Source of the DNA: an uncultured Opitutales bacterium
GTDB taxonomy: Bacteria > Verrucomicrobiota > Verrucomicrobiia > Opitutales > Intestinicryptomonadaceae
Assembly (NCBI GenBank): GCA_934613415.1
Contig: CAKTSY010000001.1
Location: 450,001-482,000 of the forward strand
DNA length: 32,000 nucleotides
Direction of reading: 5' to 3'
Below the pieces are notes generated by a model. The model was not told the origin of the DNA. It saw only the letters and a list, made by a program, of their open reading frames with translations, and ran no database searches. Position numbers and translations under genes: made by a program. Below, one piece after another: positions 17,530-26,268 of this stretch. Numbering within the stretch: the stretch's first letter is position 1; each line of letters begins with the position of its first letter.

Positions 17530-17656
17530 TTCTATTTCCTTAAATTTTTAAAAGTTATGAAGAAAGCGTTATAGAACGGCTTTGTCAACACTTTAATTTT
17601 TAGTTTGTGCAATTTTGAATTGTAAAAAATTTCTACATTATTCAGCATAAGGTGTT

Positions 17657-18607
17657 ATGAAATTGCCCGCTTTTATTATTTTTTTGATTTTGCCCGTTTT
17701 TTGCCTTTGCGCAGAAAACGTAAAGTTGGCGTTTTTGTCGCACAACAGCTTTAACCCAACCGAAAACGGCATACTTGTCGGCGCAAACGACTATATGCAA
17801 AAAGCAAAAATTCGCTTTGGCAAAGATTTCTCCGCCGAAATTTTCCCGATTTCGGACAATCTGCCAAAGCAACTGAAAGAATTAAAAAGCAAAGGCTTTT
17901 CGGGAGCGTTTGTTTCGCTTGGCGCAAGCGACAAAAACACAGACAACCTTCCGCAAATAGACGGCTTTTATACGGCATTTATCAACGCAAAATCAACCCC
18001 AAAAAACGCAATTTTTGCGGTTTCGTGCAACGCGCAGGTTAGAGACAATCTTTTAATAAACTTCCTAAAAAAGCGCACAAACATCCGCAACTTTACGCTT
18101 ATACACCTGTTCAACGCAAATGTACCCATTGCAGAGCAGCTAAATAAAGCCCGCGCAATCGAACTAGCCCTTCCTTATTTTAGCAAGCCGCAATTCGAAA
18201 AAATTTGCGAAACTTCGCCCAATTCGCAGTTTTTTGCGGCAAAATACTTTTCGCAACTATATTCAAATTTTTCGGAGCAGATTGCGCGTATGGACAACCA
18301 CGGCATTATCTTATACTCGCCCGAATTGCTAGACGACACCACCAACGTAGCGCGCGACACCGACAGAAAATTTGTCATTGCAACATCTATAAACCCTATG
18401 GCTGTAGCCCTTATCGAACGCGGCGTACTAGACGCTACCATTGTAGACGACTACTACGGCTACGGCTTTTTGTCGGCAAAAGTTTTGCTCGAAAAAATCT
18501 GCGCAAACTTTAACCCCGAAAAGGATTTTGTGGAATTGCCCCCTGCGCTTTACACAAAAGACCGTTTAAACGAGCTTAAAAAACTTTGGCTTTCGTGGCT
18601 AAGGTAA
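17657..18607 (+). CDS. Secreted protein with a type-I periplasmic-binding-protein-like (sugar-binding/LacI-type) fold. It is an orphan, with no ABC permease or ATPase nearby.
   Basis: An N-terminal signal peptide is present (MKLPAFIIFLILPVFCLCA). The alternating beta-alpha pattern resembles PBP1 domains (VKLAFLSHNS...GFSGAFVSLG...GIILYSP...KFVIATSINPMAVALIERGVLDATIVDD). The fold assignment is by eye only. Confidence 0.4.
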   Translation: MKLPAFIIFLILPVFCLCAENVKLAFLSHNSFNPTENGILVGANDYMQKAKIRFGKDFSAEIFPISDNLPKQLKELKSKGFSGAFVSLGASDKNTDNLPQIDGFYTAFINAKSTPKNAIFAVSCNAQVRDNLLINFLKKRTNIRNFTLIHLFNANVPIAEQLNKARAIELALPYFSKPQFEKICETSPNSQFFAAKYFSQLYSNFSEQIARMDNHGIILYSPELLDDTTNVARDTDRKFVIATSINPMAVALIERGVLDATIVDDYYGYGFLSAKVLLEKICANFNPEKDFVELPPALYTKDRLNELKKLWLSWLR

Positions 18608-18616
18608 ATATGCAAT

Positions 18617-18655
18617 AAAAAAAACCGAAGTTTTTAGCAAACTCCGGTTTTTTTG
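18617..18655. terminator. Bidirectional terminator between the PBP-like gene and the FAD-oxidoreductase gene
   Basis: ACCGAAGT (18624-18631) pairs with ACTCCGGT (18641-18648) with one mismatch. An A8 run precedes the stem and a T7 run follows it. Confidence 0.55.
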
Positions 18656-18674
18656 TGTGTATATTTTAGCAGAA

Positions 18675-20405
18675 CTACTTTTCGGAATATTTTTCGCGCC
18701 AGGCTTTTGCCTCTTCTTTAGAAAGCCTTACGCCTCTTTGTTTGGGTTGCGGTTTTTTATATTCCAAAATTTGCCCCTGTTTTAAAAGCTTTGCCGAAAG
18801 CTTTTTGTAGTCTACGTCCTGCACAGGGCAATTTTCGTCGATGGCAATAGAGGCTGCAACCGCCGCCGAGTGCCCCAATATCATAAACACGGGCTCCATT
18901 CTAATAGAGCCGTAGGCTATGTGGGTTGCAGAGCACGCCACGGGAACAAGCAGATTTTTGCACTGGCTCTTTTTGGGAGTTATAGCTCCGTACGAAATTT
19001 TGTATGGGCTTGCCCCAACGCCAATGTCGCCTTCGTTTTGAACGTAGCCCGATTTTGTTATGTAGCGCTGCACGTTGTGCGAGTCTACCGTATACGAACC
19101 CATACCTATAGACGTTGGAGTGTCGCGGCAATCGCGGCAGTCGTGCTCGGTCATAACATATTCGCCCACAAGGCGGCGCGCTTCGCGCACATAGATATTA
19201 AACGGCCAGTGGTTTGTGTCGGTAAATTCGTCTTTTGGCAATGCAAATTCGTTTGTCTTTTTGCGCACAACTTCGGGAACGCGCGGGTCGTTCGCCAAAA
19301 AATACATAAGACCTAGCTGGTAATCGGTATGGGCTTTAAGTATTTTTTCCCTCTCTTCGTACGAGGCTTCGGGATAGTTGTAGTTGCCGCCAACAAAGTC
19401 GGTGCTAAAGGCCGACTGGTTGTTTGTGTCGGTTTTGCCGTTGGGGATTGGGTCGGGTTTATATACGTCGGTACGCGGGTCTGCCTCGAAATTTCTAAGC
19501 CACAAAAGATAGTCGTCGGCATTGTAGTTGTCGGGCTTGGGCCACGGTATGCGGTTTTCGGGCACGTTTGTTGTGCACATTCTATAACAATATGCCTGAA
19601 TTTTTTTGTCGGCTTGGCCGTATTCGCCGGCTGGCTCTGCGCTAATGTGCTTTAATAGCCCGCTTTTTGGATTTCCCTTTTCTTTATAAGGGTCTACCTT
19701 GGCGGCAAAATAGTGGTCGTGGTGAAGCACGCCGACTTGCACGCCGTTGTGCTTTTCGCCGTATTCGGCATTCGCCTCTCTGCCTACTCTATAGTCGCAG
19801 CCGGCAGTTGCCATCAAGTCGCCCTCAAAAGTGGCGTCTATAAAAACTTTGCCTGTGTAGCTATTGCCGCTTAGGGTTTTTATTTCGACAATTTTGCCGT
19901 CTTTTTTTACAACGCCGCTTTTTCTATCTAAATATTCTCCCTTAAATACGGGAACGTTTTTTTCGGCAAGCCAGTCGTTATACACCTTTTCGGCAACACG
20001 CGGCTCGAACACCCACATGCAGCGAGACTTGTCGTCTATTGCAACAGTGCCTTGCCCCTTTGCTTTATAGGTGGCTTTCGAAAAGCCGAACTTCCACGTT
20101 TCGGGCTTTTGATATTCCTTCCATATTCTGCGGTAAAACTCTTTGCTTAAGCCGCCAATTGTATAGGTCTTGCCGGAATCGGTAAAGCCCAAGCCCGAGC
20201 TAGACATTGCGCCCAAATGCTTGTCGGGGCAAACAATTATAACGCTTTTGCCCTCGTTGGCGGCGGCAACCGCGCTAACAACGCCCGCCGATGTTCCGCC
20301 ATATACAACAATGTCGGCATTTTTTTGCGCAGCGTTAACCGCAAACGCACTAAAAAACGCCGATAAACCAATTAACAAGTGTCTGCTATATTTCTTTTTC
20401 ATCAT
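18675..20405 (-). CDS. Secreted FAD-dependent oxidoreductase (FAD_oxidored-like family), substrate unknown
   Basis: A Sec signal peptide is present (MMKKKYSRHLLIGLSAFFSAFAVNA|AQ). A Rossmann dinucleotide motif, DIVVYGGTSAGVVSAVAAANEGKSVIIV, follows directly. I use the ATG at 20405. The ORF-track start at 20414 is a TTG. Confidence 0.65.
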   Translation of the reverse strand: MMKKKYSRHLLIGLSAFFSAFAVNAAQKNADIVVYGGTSAGVVSAVAAANEGKSVIIVCPDKHLGAMSSSGLGFTDSGKTYTIGGLSKEFYRRIWKEYQKPETWKFGFSKATYKAKGQGTVAIDDKSRCMWVFEPRVAEKVYNDWLAEKNVPVFKGEYLDRKSGVVKKDGKIVEIKTLSGNSYTGKVFIDATFEGDLMATAGCDYRVGREANAEYGEKHNGVQVGVLHHDHYFAAKVDPYKEKGNPKSGLLKHISAEPAGEYGQADKKIQAYCYRMCTTNVPENRIPWPKPDNYNADDYLLWLRNFEADPRTDVYKPDPIPNGKTDTNNQSAFSTDFVGGNYNYPEASYEEREKILKAHTDYQLGLMYFLANDPRVPEVVRKKTNEFALPKDEFTDTNHWPFNIYVREARRLVGEYVMTEHDCRDCRDTPTSIGMGSYTVDSHNVQRYITKSGYVQNEGDIGVGASPYKISYGAITPKKSQCKNLLVPVACSATHIAYGSIRMEPVFMILGHSAAVAASIAIDENCPVQDVDYKKLSAKLLKQGQILEYKKPQPKQRGVRLSKEEAKAWREKYSEK

Positions 20406-20521
20406 AAGATACAAATTTGTAGGAAGTTCAAATAATATGAAAACGGCAAAAAAAGCTCAAGATTTTTGTTTGCTTTTTTCGACAAATTGTAGCTTTAATT
20501 ATAGGCTCGGAGAATACAATT

Positions 20522-23500
20522 ATGAAAGACTATAATCGAATTCTAAATCTCGAATTGGGAAAGAATCCCGAAAAGGACAAGGCCTTTTTCGAATACGTCA
20601 ACATGAGACTCTTTGCGGCGGGCTTGCCTGTGTTCGGCAAAGAGGAAGACTACCCCGTTGTAAATCTGGCAAAACCTTTGCTTAAAAACTTTCAGGAAAT
20701 TGCAAGCCATGCGATTACCGAAATGTGCCCCGTAGATCAGCGCATTGTTAAATTTTTAAAATCGTATTTAGACGATGTTCTAGACAAAGGCGAAGACTGC
20801 CCTACCATTCCGCAAAAAAGCTTTATTATGGAAAGACCGGGAGTGGCAAGAATCCTTTCGATGCCGCCCGACAAAGACGAATACCACAACGACTATGTAA
20901 GCTCGTATAGGGTGCGTCAGGGCATTTTGCACAACCCAAAAAACGACAAGCGCACAACAAAGGGCATTTTCCATATAGCTGAAGGCGGCCTGCCCATTCC
21001 CGACGACAAAAAGGCGCTGCCTAAAGTGGCATTTAAAAACCTGCTTAAAGCGGCATTAAACCCGCCCGAAAATTTGCTGGAATTTCCCTTTACATCAACC
21101 CAGCAAAAGAAGGCAAAAATGTGGGCTTCGCTTTTGTTAAGACCCACAGTTTGCCCCGAAGTGCCCGACGTTTCGCCAGCAAAATCTATGGAAATTAGGT
21201 TCTTTGCCCCCGGGGCAATGGTATGCAACCTAGACTTTGTGGAAAGCATTTTCGGCAACTACGGCAACCCCTACCTTGTAAAGAACGACGCCGCCCTAGA
21301 CGAAAACGGCTGGACGGGCCACACGGGCTGCATAATATTGGCGCCGCACCTTACAAAATTCACAAAAAAAGAATTGGGCTTGCCGCACATAAGCAAAGCC
21401 ACCGAAAGGCAAAAGCGCGACGGTATGTGCTACGAAAGCGACGACGAGCTTTACAATTCGGGCAAGGCGTTTAAGGCAACCGCGCGCGACGAAAACGGCG
21501 TTATCGTTACCCTTATTGCCGACAACTATTTCGGCTACTCTAAAAAAGAGGTTAAAACCTTTATAAGCTATTCGGCAAACCTTTTCGGGCAGGCCGAAGA
21601 GGAGCATAGCGGCGGCACAATAGCGTTTTCAAGCCGCGACTTAGGCGACGACTTTTACCTTCGCAGCTACGCCGAAAACCAAAAGTTTACATTTGCCGAC
21701 ACAGTAAATCTTTTGGGCGACTCCATAGAAGTTCACCCCGACGGCTACGCAATAGACAAAAAATACCCCAACATAATCTACATAGATTCCGACTGCTATT
21801 TTTCGCTAAGAACGCAAACTGCAACTTGGCAAAAAGACGGGCAAACAAAGTCTCTTAAGCTGGCTCCGAATATAACCTATATTTCGCCCGCAGGCTATAA
21901 GATAGAAATGCAACGCCCGCACGAAAGCCGCCGCTGGAGGCTTGTAGGCACTGTAGAAAAAGGCGTGCTTTGCCACAAACCCGCAACGGTTTCGGGCGGC
22001 GGCAAAAGCGAAATTTCGAAAAACATTTCCGACGCGATAATACACGGGCCTGCCATTGTAGCCGACTTTAAGAACGACATTAAGCGCGTAGAGGAAATAA
22101 TAAACAAAGACTACGGCCACCGCTTTAAGGACGACACCCAAAACAAGCACGAGCTAAGCCGCAAGTTTTTGGACGAACGCCGCACAATGGGCAGTGTTGT
22201 AAAACTATTGTCGGAGTCCGACGACTACACCGACGAATACAACGAATGGGTGCGCAACATTCCGTTCTATATAAGGGAATTTGCCCTTACCGTAAAAAGG
22301 CACTACAGGCTAGACTGGAACGGCGACTGGCAAAGCAAGTTTAGCGTAGACCGCATAAACGGCAAAGACGGCAACATTTTAAAATACAAAAATTCAACCG
22401 TGCTAACTTCCTATATGCGCGTGGGCTTTACAGCCGACGGCTCGTGGCGTACATTCAGTTTGCGAAAAGACTATGCGCCTTCCGTAAAGCTTCAGGTTGA
22501 AGATGACATTACCGCCTCTACCGTTGTAAGCACAGCCAAGCTCGACAGCCTTTCAAAAGAATTTAAAGACGAGCCGAAATCGGTAAAGTTTGTTGAAAAC
22601 TGCGAACACAGGTTCTTCCAACGCCCCGACGACGCCGTAATTAGAGGCTACGACAAAAAGGCCGAATCGGATATGTCGCAAAAAGGCTCGTTCTTTTCGA
22701 ACTACGAACCTTTAACGCGCGCCGACGTGCAAACACAGGCCGACGACGTTCTGCGCTTTTGCACCTACACTCCTCCTATGAAGGAAAATTTGGAGGCATT
22801 CCTTAGCGAAGACAAGCCCGACTATGTTGTTTCTTCGGCAAACCCGAGGCTTGTAAACGGCACCCCCAGCGCGAATGTGCGCTACCTGCAAAATACCGAC
22901 GAAATAACAAACCCGCGCAAATACTATATAGGCGAAATGGGCGCGCGTTTGCACAGGCACATTCCGCTTAACAAATCGGTGCCAATGCCCGTAAATGCGG
23001 TTATTTCGGGCAGGCGCAACAACCCCGCAAGCGATGGCATTAAGCCTTTGGCTTTGCACGGGCCTTTGCATTATTTGGAACTGCCCGAATTGTTTATGGA
23101 ATATATCGCGTCTATGACGGGCAAGTCGCCCTCTACAACGGGGGCGGGCTTGGAAGGCGCTATGACAAAGCTACCCTTTAACGCATTGTGCCCTATAAGC
23201 GATTTAAATGCGGCCCTTGTCTCGTTTGCGCTTACAAAACTAGACGGCTGGCTTAGCAGCACGGGCTACCTTGGCCCAAAATACAAAATCAACCACGACA
23301 TAAGTTTGCTTATACCCGAATTGTGGTGCAAAATGTCGTCGAAAGAACGCAACGTAAACTATTTAATAGAAAACAAATTGTTGGAACGCTGCAAAGATTT
23401 TGAATATAAGGGCAAAAAGATTTTGGCTTCGCGCCTTGGTTGGAGAATAAACCAGGACTTTGTAATGCGCTTTTTCGGCAGAATATTCTCGAGCCCATCA

Positions 23501-23977
23501 AGCATATTTACCGAAGATATGCTGCGTCCCGAATTGCAGGATATGGACATTTTTGCCGACGGTATGGACAATATGGTTTCGGCGCACCAAAGAGCCGCCC
23601 AAGCCTACTTTAACGACGGCTCTATAGAGGGGGCCTGCCCGCCCATTAAGGCGTTGCTTTACATAATGAAAGACGGCAGCTACGAGGGCAAAACTTTGGA
23701 TTCGCCCGAAATTAGGGATATGTTTAAAACTTCGAACATACTAAATTCGGAATGGTATGCCGAACGCCTTATTGCAAAGCAGCAGGTAGACATTCACCTT
23801 TGCGTGCGCGTAATAGAGGCGTTAAAGAACGCGAAAAACAACGCGATATTGTCGGAATACGACACGAAGCTAGACGAAAAAATGGAACACGTTCAGGCAA
23901 GGCTAAAGGGTATGAAGGGAATTCAATACCTAAAATCGCTTGCTGGAACTTTGGGAGCCGACCCATTCCTATTTTAA
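20522..23977 (+). CDS. Large (1151-aa) soluble protein, tentatively a PPi-type phosphoenolpyruvate carboxykinase (PEP carboxytransphosphorylase, EC 4.1.1.38) family member
   Basis: The ORF runs 3456 nt without interruption, and GGAGA lies about 9 nt upstream of the ATG. I see no TM segment, signal peptide or internal repeats. Its size matches the ~130-kDa PPi-PEPCK class. Two short motifs recall the PEPCK core: LIADNYFGYSKKEVKT...EEHSGG (compare IGGTxYxGExKK...MHCSAN of ATP-PEPCK) and the glycine-rich VSGGGKSEISK (compare the kinase-1a loop). The family assignment is not verified by any search. Confidence 0.4.
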   Translation: MKDYNRILNLELGKNPEKDKAFFEYVNMRLFAAGLPVFGKEEDYPVVNLAKPLLKNFQEIASHAITEMCPVDQRIVKFLKSYLDDVLDKGEDCPTIPQKSFIMERPGVARILSMPPDKDEYHNDYVSSYRVRQGILHNPKNDKRTTKGIFHIAEGGLPIPDDKKALPKVAFKNLLKAALNPPENLLEFPFTSTQQKKAKMWASLLLRPTVCPEVPDVSPAKSMEIRFFAPGAMVCNLDFVESIFGNYGNPYLVKNDAALDENGWTGHTGCIILAPHLTKFTKKELGLPHISKATERQKRDGMCYESDDELYNSGKAFKATARDENGVIVTLIADNYFGYSKKEVKTFISYSANLFGQAEEEHSGGTIAFSSRDLGDDFYLRSYAENQKFTFADTVNLLGDSIEVHPDGYAIDKKYPNIIYIDSDCYFSLRTQTATWQKDGQTKSLKLAPNITYISPAGYKIEMQRPHESRRWRLVGTVEKGVLCHKPATVSGGGKSEISKNISDAIIHGPAIVADFKNDIKRVEEIINKDYGHRFKDDTQNKHELSRKFLDERRTMGSVVKLLSESDDYTDEYNEWVRNIPFYIREFALTVKRHYRLDWNGDWQSKFSVDRINGKDGNILKYKNSTVLTSYMRVGFTADGSWRTFSLRKDYAPSVKLQVEDDITASTVVSTAKLDSLSKEFKDEPKSVKFVENCEHRFFQRPDDAVIRGYDKKAESDMSQKGSFFSNYEPLTRADVQTQADDVLRFCTYTPPMKENLEAFLSEDKPDYVVSSANPRLVNGTPSANVRYLQNTDEITNPRKYYIGEMGARLHRHIPLNKSVPMPVNAVISGRRNNPASDGIKPLALHGPLHYLELPELFMEYIASMTGKSPSTTGAGLEGAMTKLPFNALCPISDLNAALVSFALTKLDGWLSSTGYLGPKYKINHDISLLIPELWCKMSSKERNVNYLIENKLLERCKDFEYKGKKILASRLGWRINQDFVMRFFGRIFSSPSSIFTEDMLRPELQDMDIFADGMDNMVSAHQRAAQAYFNDGSIEGACPPIKALLYIMKDGSYEGKTLDSPEIRDMFKTSNILNSEWYAERLIAKQQVDIHLCVRVIEALKNAKNNAILSEYDTKLDEKMEHVQARLKGMKGIQYLKSLAGTLGADPFLF

Positions 23978-24017
23978 AGTTGACCGAACAACCCAATTAA
24001 ACGAAACTAAACCTAAT

Positions 24018-24968
24018 ATGAAATTTATAAGATTTAAACCCATATATATGGAAAGAGTTTGGGGCGGAACAAACCTCAAAAAAGAATTTAACCGCAATAC
24101 CCCCAACGGCAAAGTTATAGGCGAAAGCTGGGAAATTTCCGATAGACCAGAAGCGTGCTCGGTTATTAGTGGCGGCCAATACGACGGCAAAACCATAAGG
24201 CAGGCAATAGAAGCCGACAGCGCGAACATTATGGGGCCAAAGTGGAATAAAACCCAAAAATTCCCCATCTTGGTAAAGTGGCTAGACTGCGAACAAAGAC
24301 TTAGCCTGCAGGTGCACCCGCCTATGTCGGTTGCCCCAAAGCTTGGCGGCGAACCTAAAACCGAAAATTGGTATATCACCAAATGCAAAGAAGATTCACA
24401 CCTTATTGCAGGTCTTAAAAAGGGAGCTACAAAACAGGAATTTATAGATTCTTTAAAAGACAACTCCGCCGAAAAGCTTTTATGGAGGTTCCCCGTAAGC
24501 GAGGGAGACTCTTTGTTTGTGCAAAGCGGCAGACTGCACGCAATAGATGGCGGCAACATTATTTTGGAAATACAGCAAAATTCCGACACAACCTACAGGG
24601 TATACGACTGGGGCAGAGTCGGCCTAGACGGCAAACCCCGCAAGCTGCATATAAACGAATCTATAGAAAGCATAGACTTTAACGACTTTGAACCAAAGCC
24701 CGTTTCGTCGAAAGGCAAAGATACCGTTTTGTGCTCGTGCAAGGAATTTTCTATTAGAACCGTAAATCTTAAAAAAGGCGAACACCTTAAGTTTGCGGCA
24801 AACGAACAGCCCCGCATTTTAAGCGTGGCAAAAGGCTCTTTGGCGTGCCAGTGCGGCTGCCAAAGCAAAATAGAGATTTCCGAAAACGTGCTTTTACCCT
24901 ACGCAAACGAACAAGACTTTGTTGCCGAAAGCGACACGGTTGTTTTAATAACCGAAAACTTTGCCTAG
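24018..24968 (+). CDS. manA: Mannose-6-phosphate isomerase, type I (cupin)
   Basis: Motifs KPIYMERVWGG, GESWEISD, LSLQVHP, KTENWYI and SGRLHAIDGG are present, matching the Zn-ligand Q/H/E/H pattern. I use the ATG at 24018. The ORF-track TTG at 23940 overlaps the preceding gene. Confidence 0.8.
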   Translation: MKFIRFKPIYMERVWGGTNLKKEFNRNTPNGKVIGESWEISDRPEACSVISGGQYDGKTIRQAIEADSANIMGPKWNKTQKFPILVKWLDCEQRLSLQVHPPMSVAPKLGGEPKTENWYITKCKEDSHLIAGLKKGATKQEFIDSLKDNSAEKLLWRFPVSEGDSLFVQSGRLHAIDGGNIILEIQQNSDTTYRVYDWGRVGLDGKPRKLHINESIESIDFNDFEPKPVSSKGKDTVLCSCKEFSIRTVNLKKGEHLKFAANEQPRILSVAKGSLACQCGCQSKIEISENVLLPYANEQDFVAESDTVVLITENFA

Positions 24969-24974
24969 CAAAAT

Positions 24975-25637
24975 ATGGGGCGCAACTATAAAGGGCTTTT
25001 TGTTTCGAACGCATTTGGGTGCGCTTTTGGCGCACTTATTGCGCTTGCGCTTGTTGCGTGCTCGCTTATTGCGTTTGCAACAATAGTCTCGTTCGGCATT
25101 TTGCCGAATATGCTTAAAACCTCAATAAGCGACACAACAGGTTTTAGAATAAGAAACGCCGACATTAAATACAACATAGCCGCGCGTACAATGTCGGTAA
25201 AAAACATTATAATAGAAAACCCCGCAAAATATTCTTCGCCCGTATTTGCAAAGATTAGCAATATGACGGTTTCGGCAAGTCCGCTTAGCTTGGCAAGGGG
25301 CGAGCTTGCAATTTCGTCGATAGAAATAGACCTAGACGAGCTAAACTGCGAAAGGATAAGCGTTTTAGACTACAACCTTTCGGAATTTTTAACGGCGTTT
25401 AACCGCATTGTTTCGGTAAACGGCAAAAATCTGTCTAAAGTGTCGCTAAAAATAAACAAGGCCTCGTTTACAGATTCGTCTACCCCCGAAAAAGTCGGCT
25501 GGAAAAGCGACTTAAATTTTAAATTCGAAAAATACGACGCACCTTCGACAAAAGACCTGTTTAAGGAGCTTGCCTACAACTTGTCGAAATCGAACGCAGG
25601 CTATATATCCGACGCGATAAAAGCCATAGAAAACTAA
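24975..25637 (+). CDS. Uncharacterised membrane-anchored protein (single N-terminal TM, ~170-aa extracytoplasmic domain)
   Basis: This 220-aa ORF has a hydrophobic N-terminus (FGCAFGALIALALVACSLIAFATIVSFGIL). A beta-rich region follows (TGFRIRNADIKYNIAARTMSVKNIIIENP) that loosely resembles AsmA-type N-termini. The gene is tightly packed between manA and purN. Confidence 0.45.
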   Translation: MGRNYKGLFVSNAFGCAFGALIALALVACSLIAFATIVSFGILPNMLKTSISDTTGFRIRNADIKYNIAARTMSVKNIIIENPAKYSSPVFAKISNMTVSASPLSLARGELAISSIEIDLDELNCERISVLDYNLSEFLTAFNRIVSVNGKNLSKVSLKINKASFTDSSTPEKVGWKSDLNFKFEKYDAPSTKDLFKELAYNLSKSNAGYISDAIKAIEN

Positions 25638-25648
25638 CATAATTTACA

Positions 25649-26221
25649 GTGAAAATTTTGATACTCGCAAGCGGCAAAGGCACAAATGCCGCAAACATAA
25701 TAAAGCTGGCAAAACAGGGCTATTTTAAAAACCCCGAAATTTTGGCGGTTATAAGCGACAACCAAAACGCCCATGCCCTTGAAATGGCTGCCAAAAATTC
25801 GGTTCGCGCAATCTGGCTAGACTCGGGCAAAAAAGGCGCGTTTTTCTCGCCCGAAGGAGCCGCTTTATATGTAAAAACCGTGCAAGAGCTTAACCCAGAC
25901 CTTATTGTTTTGGCGGGTTTTATGAAGATTTTGCCGAAAACCTTTACCGAAAAATTCCCCGACAAAATAATAAATTTGCACCCAAGTTTGCTGCCCGCTT
26001 TTATGGGCGAAAAAAACGCGATTAAAAGCGCGTTTGAATATGGCGTAAAAATAAGCGGCGTTACCGTTCACTTTGTAAACGACATTTTAGACGGCGGCAA
26101 AATTATAGGGCAAAAGGCCGTTGAAATTTCGACTAACGACACTCTGGAATCTTTCGAGGCTAAAATACACGCTGCAGAATACGAGCTTTTGCCCGAGGTT
26201 ATACGCTCGTTCGAAAAATAA
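25649..26221 (+). CDS. purN: Phosphoribosylglycinamide formyltransferase
   Basis: Motifs MKILILASGKGTNAANII, LAGFMKILP, INLHPSLLPAF and SGVTVHFVNDILDGGKII are present. The start is GTG. Confidence 0.9.
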   Translation: MKILILASGKGTNAANIIKLAKQGYFKNPEILAVISDNQNAHALEMAAKNSVRAIWLDSGKKGAFFSPEGAALYVKTVQELNPDLIVLAGFMKILPKTFTEKFPDKIINLHPSLLPAFMGEKNAIKSAFEYGVKISGVTVHFVNDILDGGKIIGQKAVEISTNDTLESFEAKIHAAEYELLPEVIRSFEK

Positions 26222-26231
26222 AATTTTTTAC

Positions 26232-26268
26232 AAAAAAAGCGGCTTTTAAATAAGGCCGCTAATTTTTT
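26232..26268. terminator. Bidirectional terminator between purN and the DegT-like gene
   Basis: AGCGGC (26238-26243) pairs with GCCGCT (26255-26260), flanked by A7 and T6 runs. The hairpin overlaps the last codons of the minus-strand CDS. Confidence 0.45.

Noticed and set aside
21989-22021. 'SGGGKSE' read as a Walker A / P-loop NTPase motif in the 1151-aa protein
   Set aside because: It does not fit [AG]xxxxGK[ST], because the residue five positions before the GK is Thr. I found no Walker B partner. I treat it only as a glycine-rich phosphate-binding-like loop, not as evidence for an NTPase.
23969-24589. 206-aa minus-strand ORF overlapping manA
   Set aside because: It is antisense to a manA that has all its cupin and Zn-ligand motifs. 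It has no motifs of its own and no independent start context.
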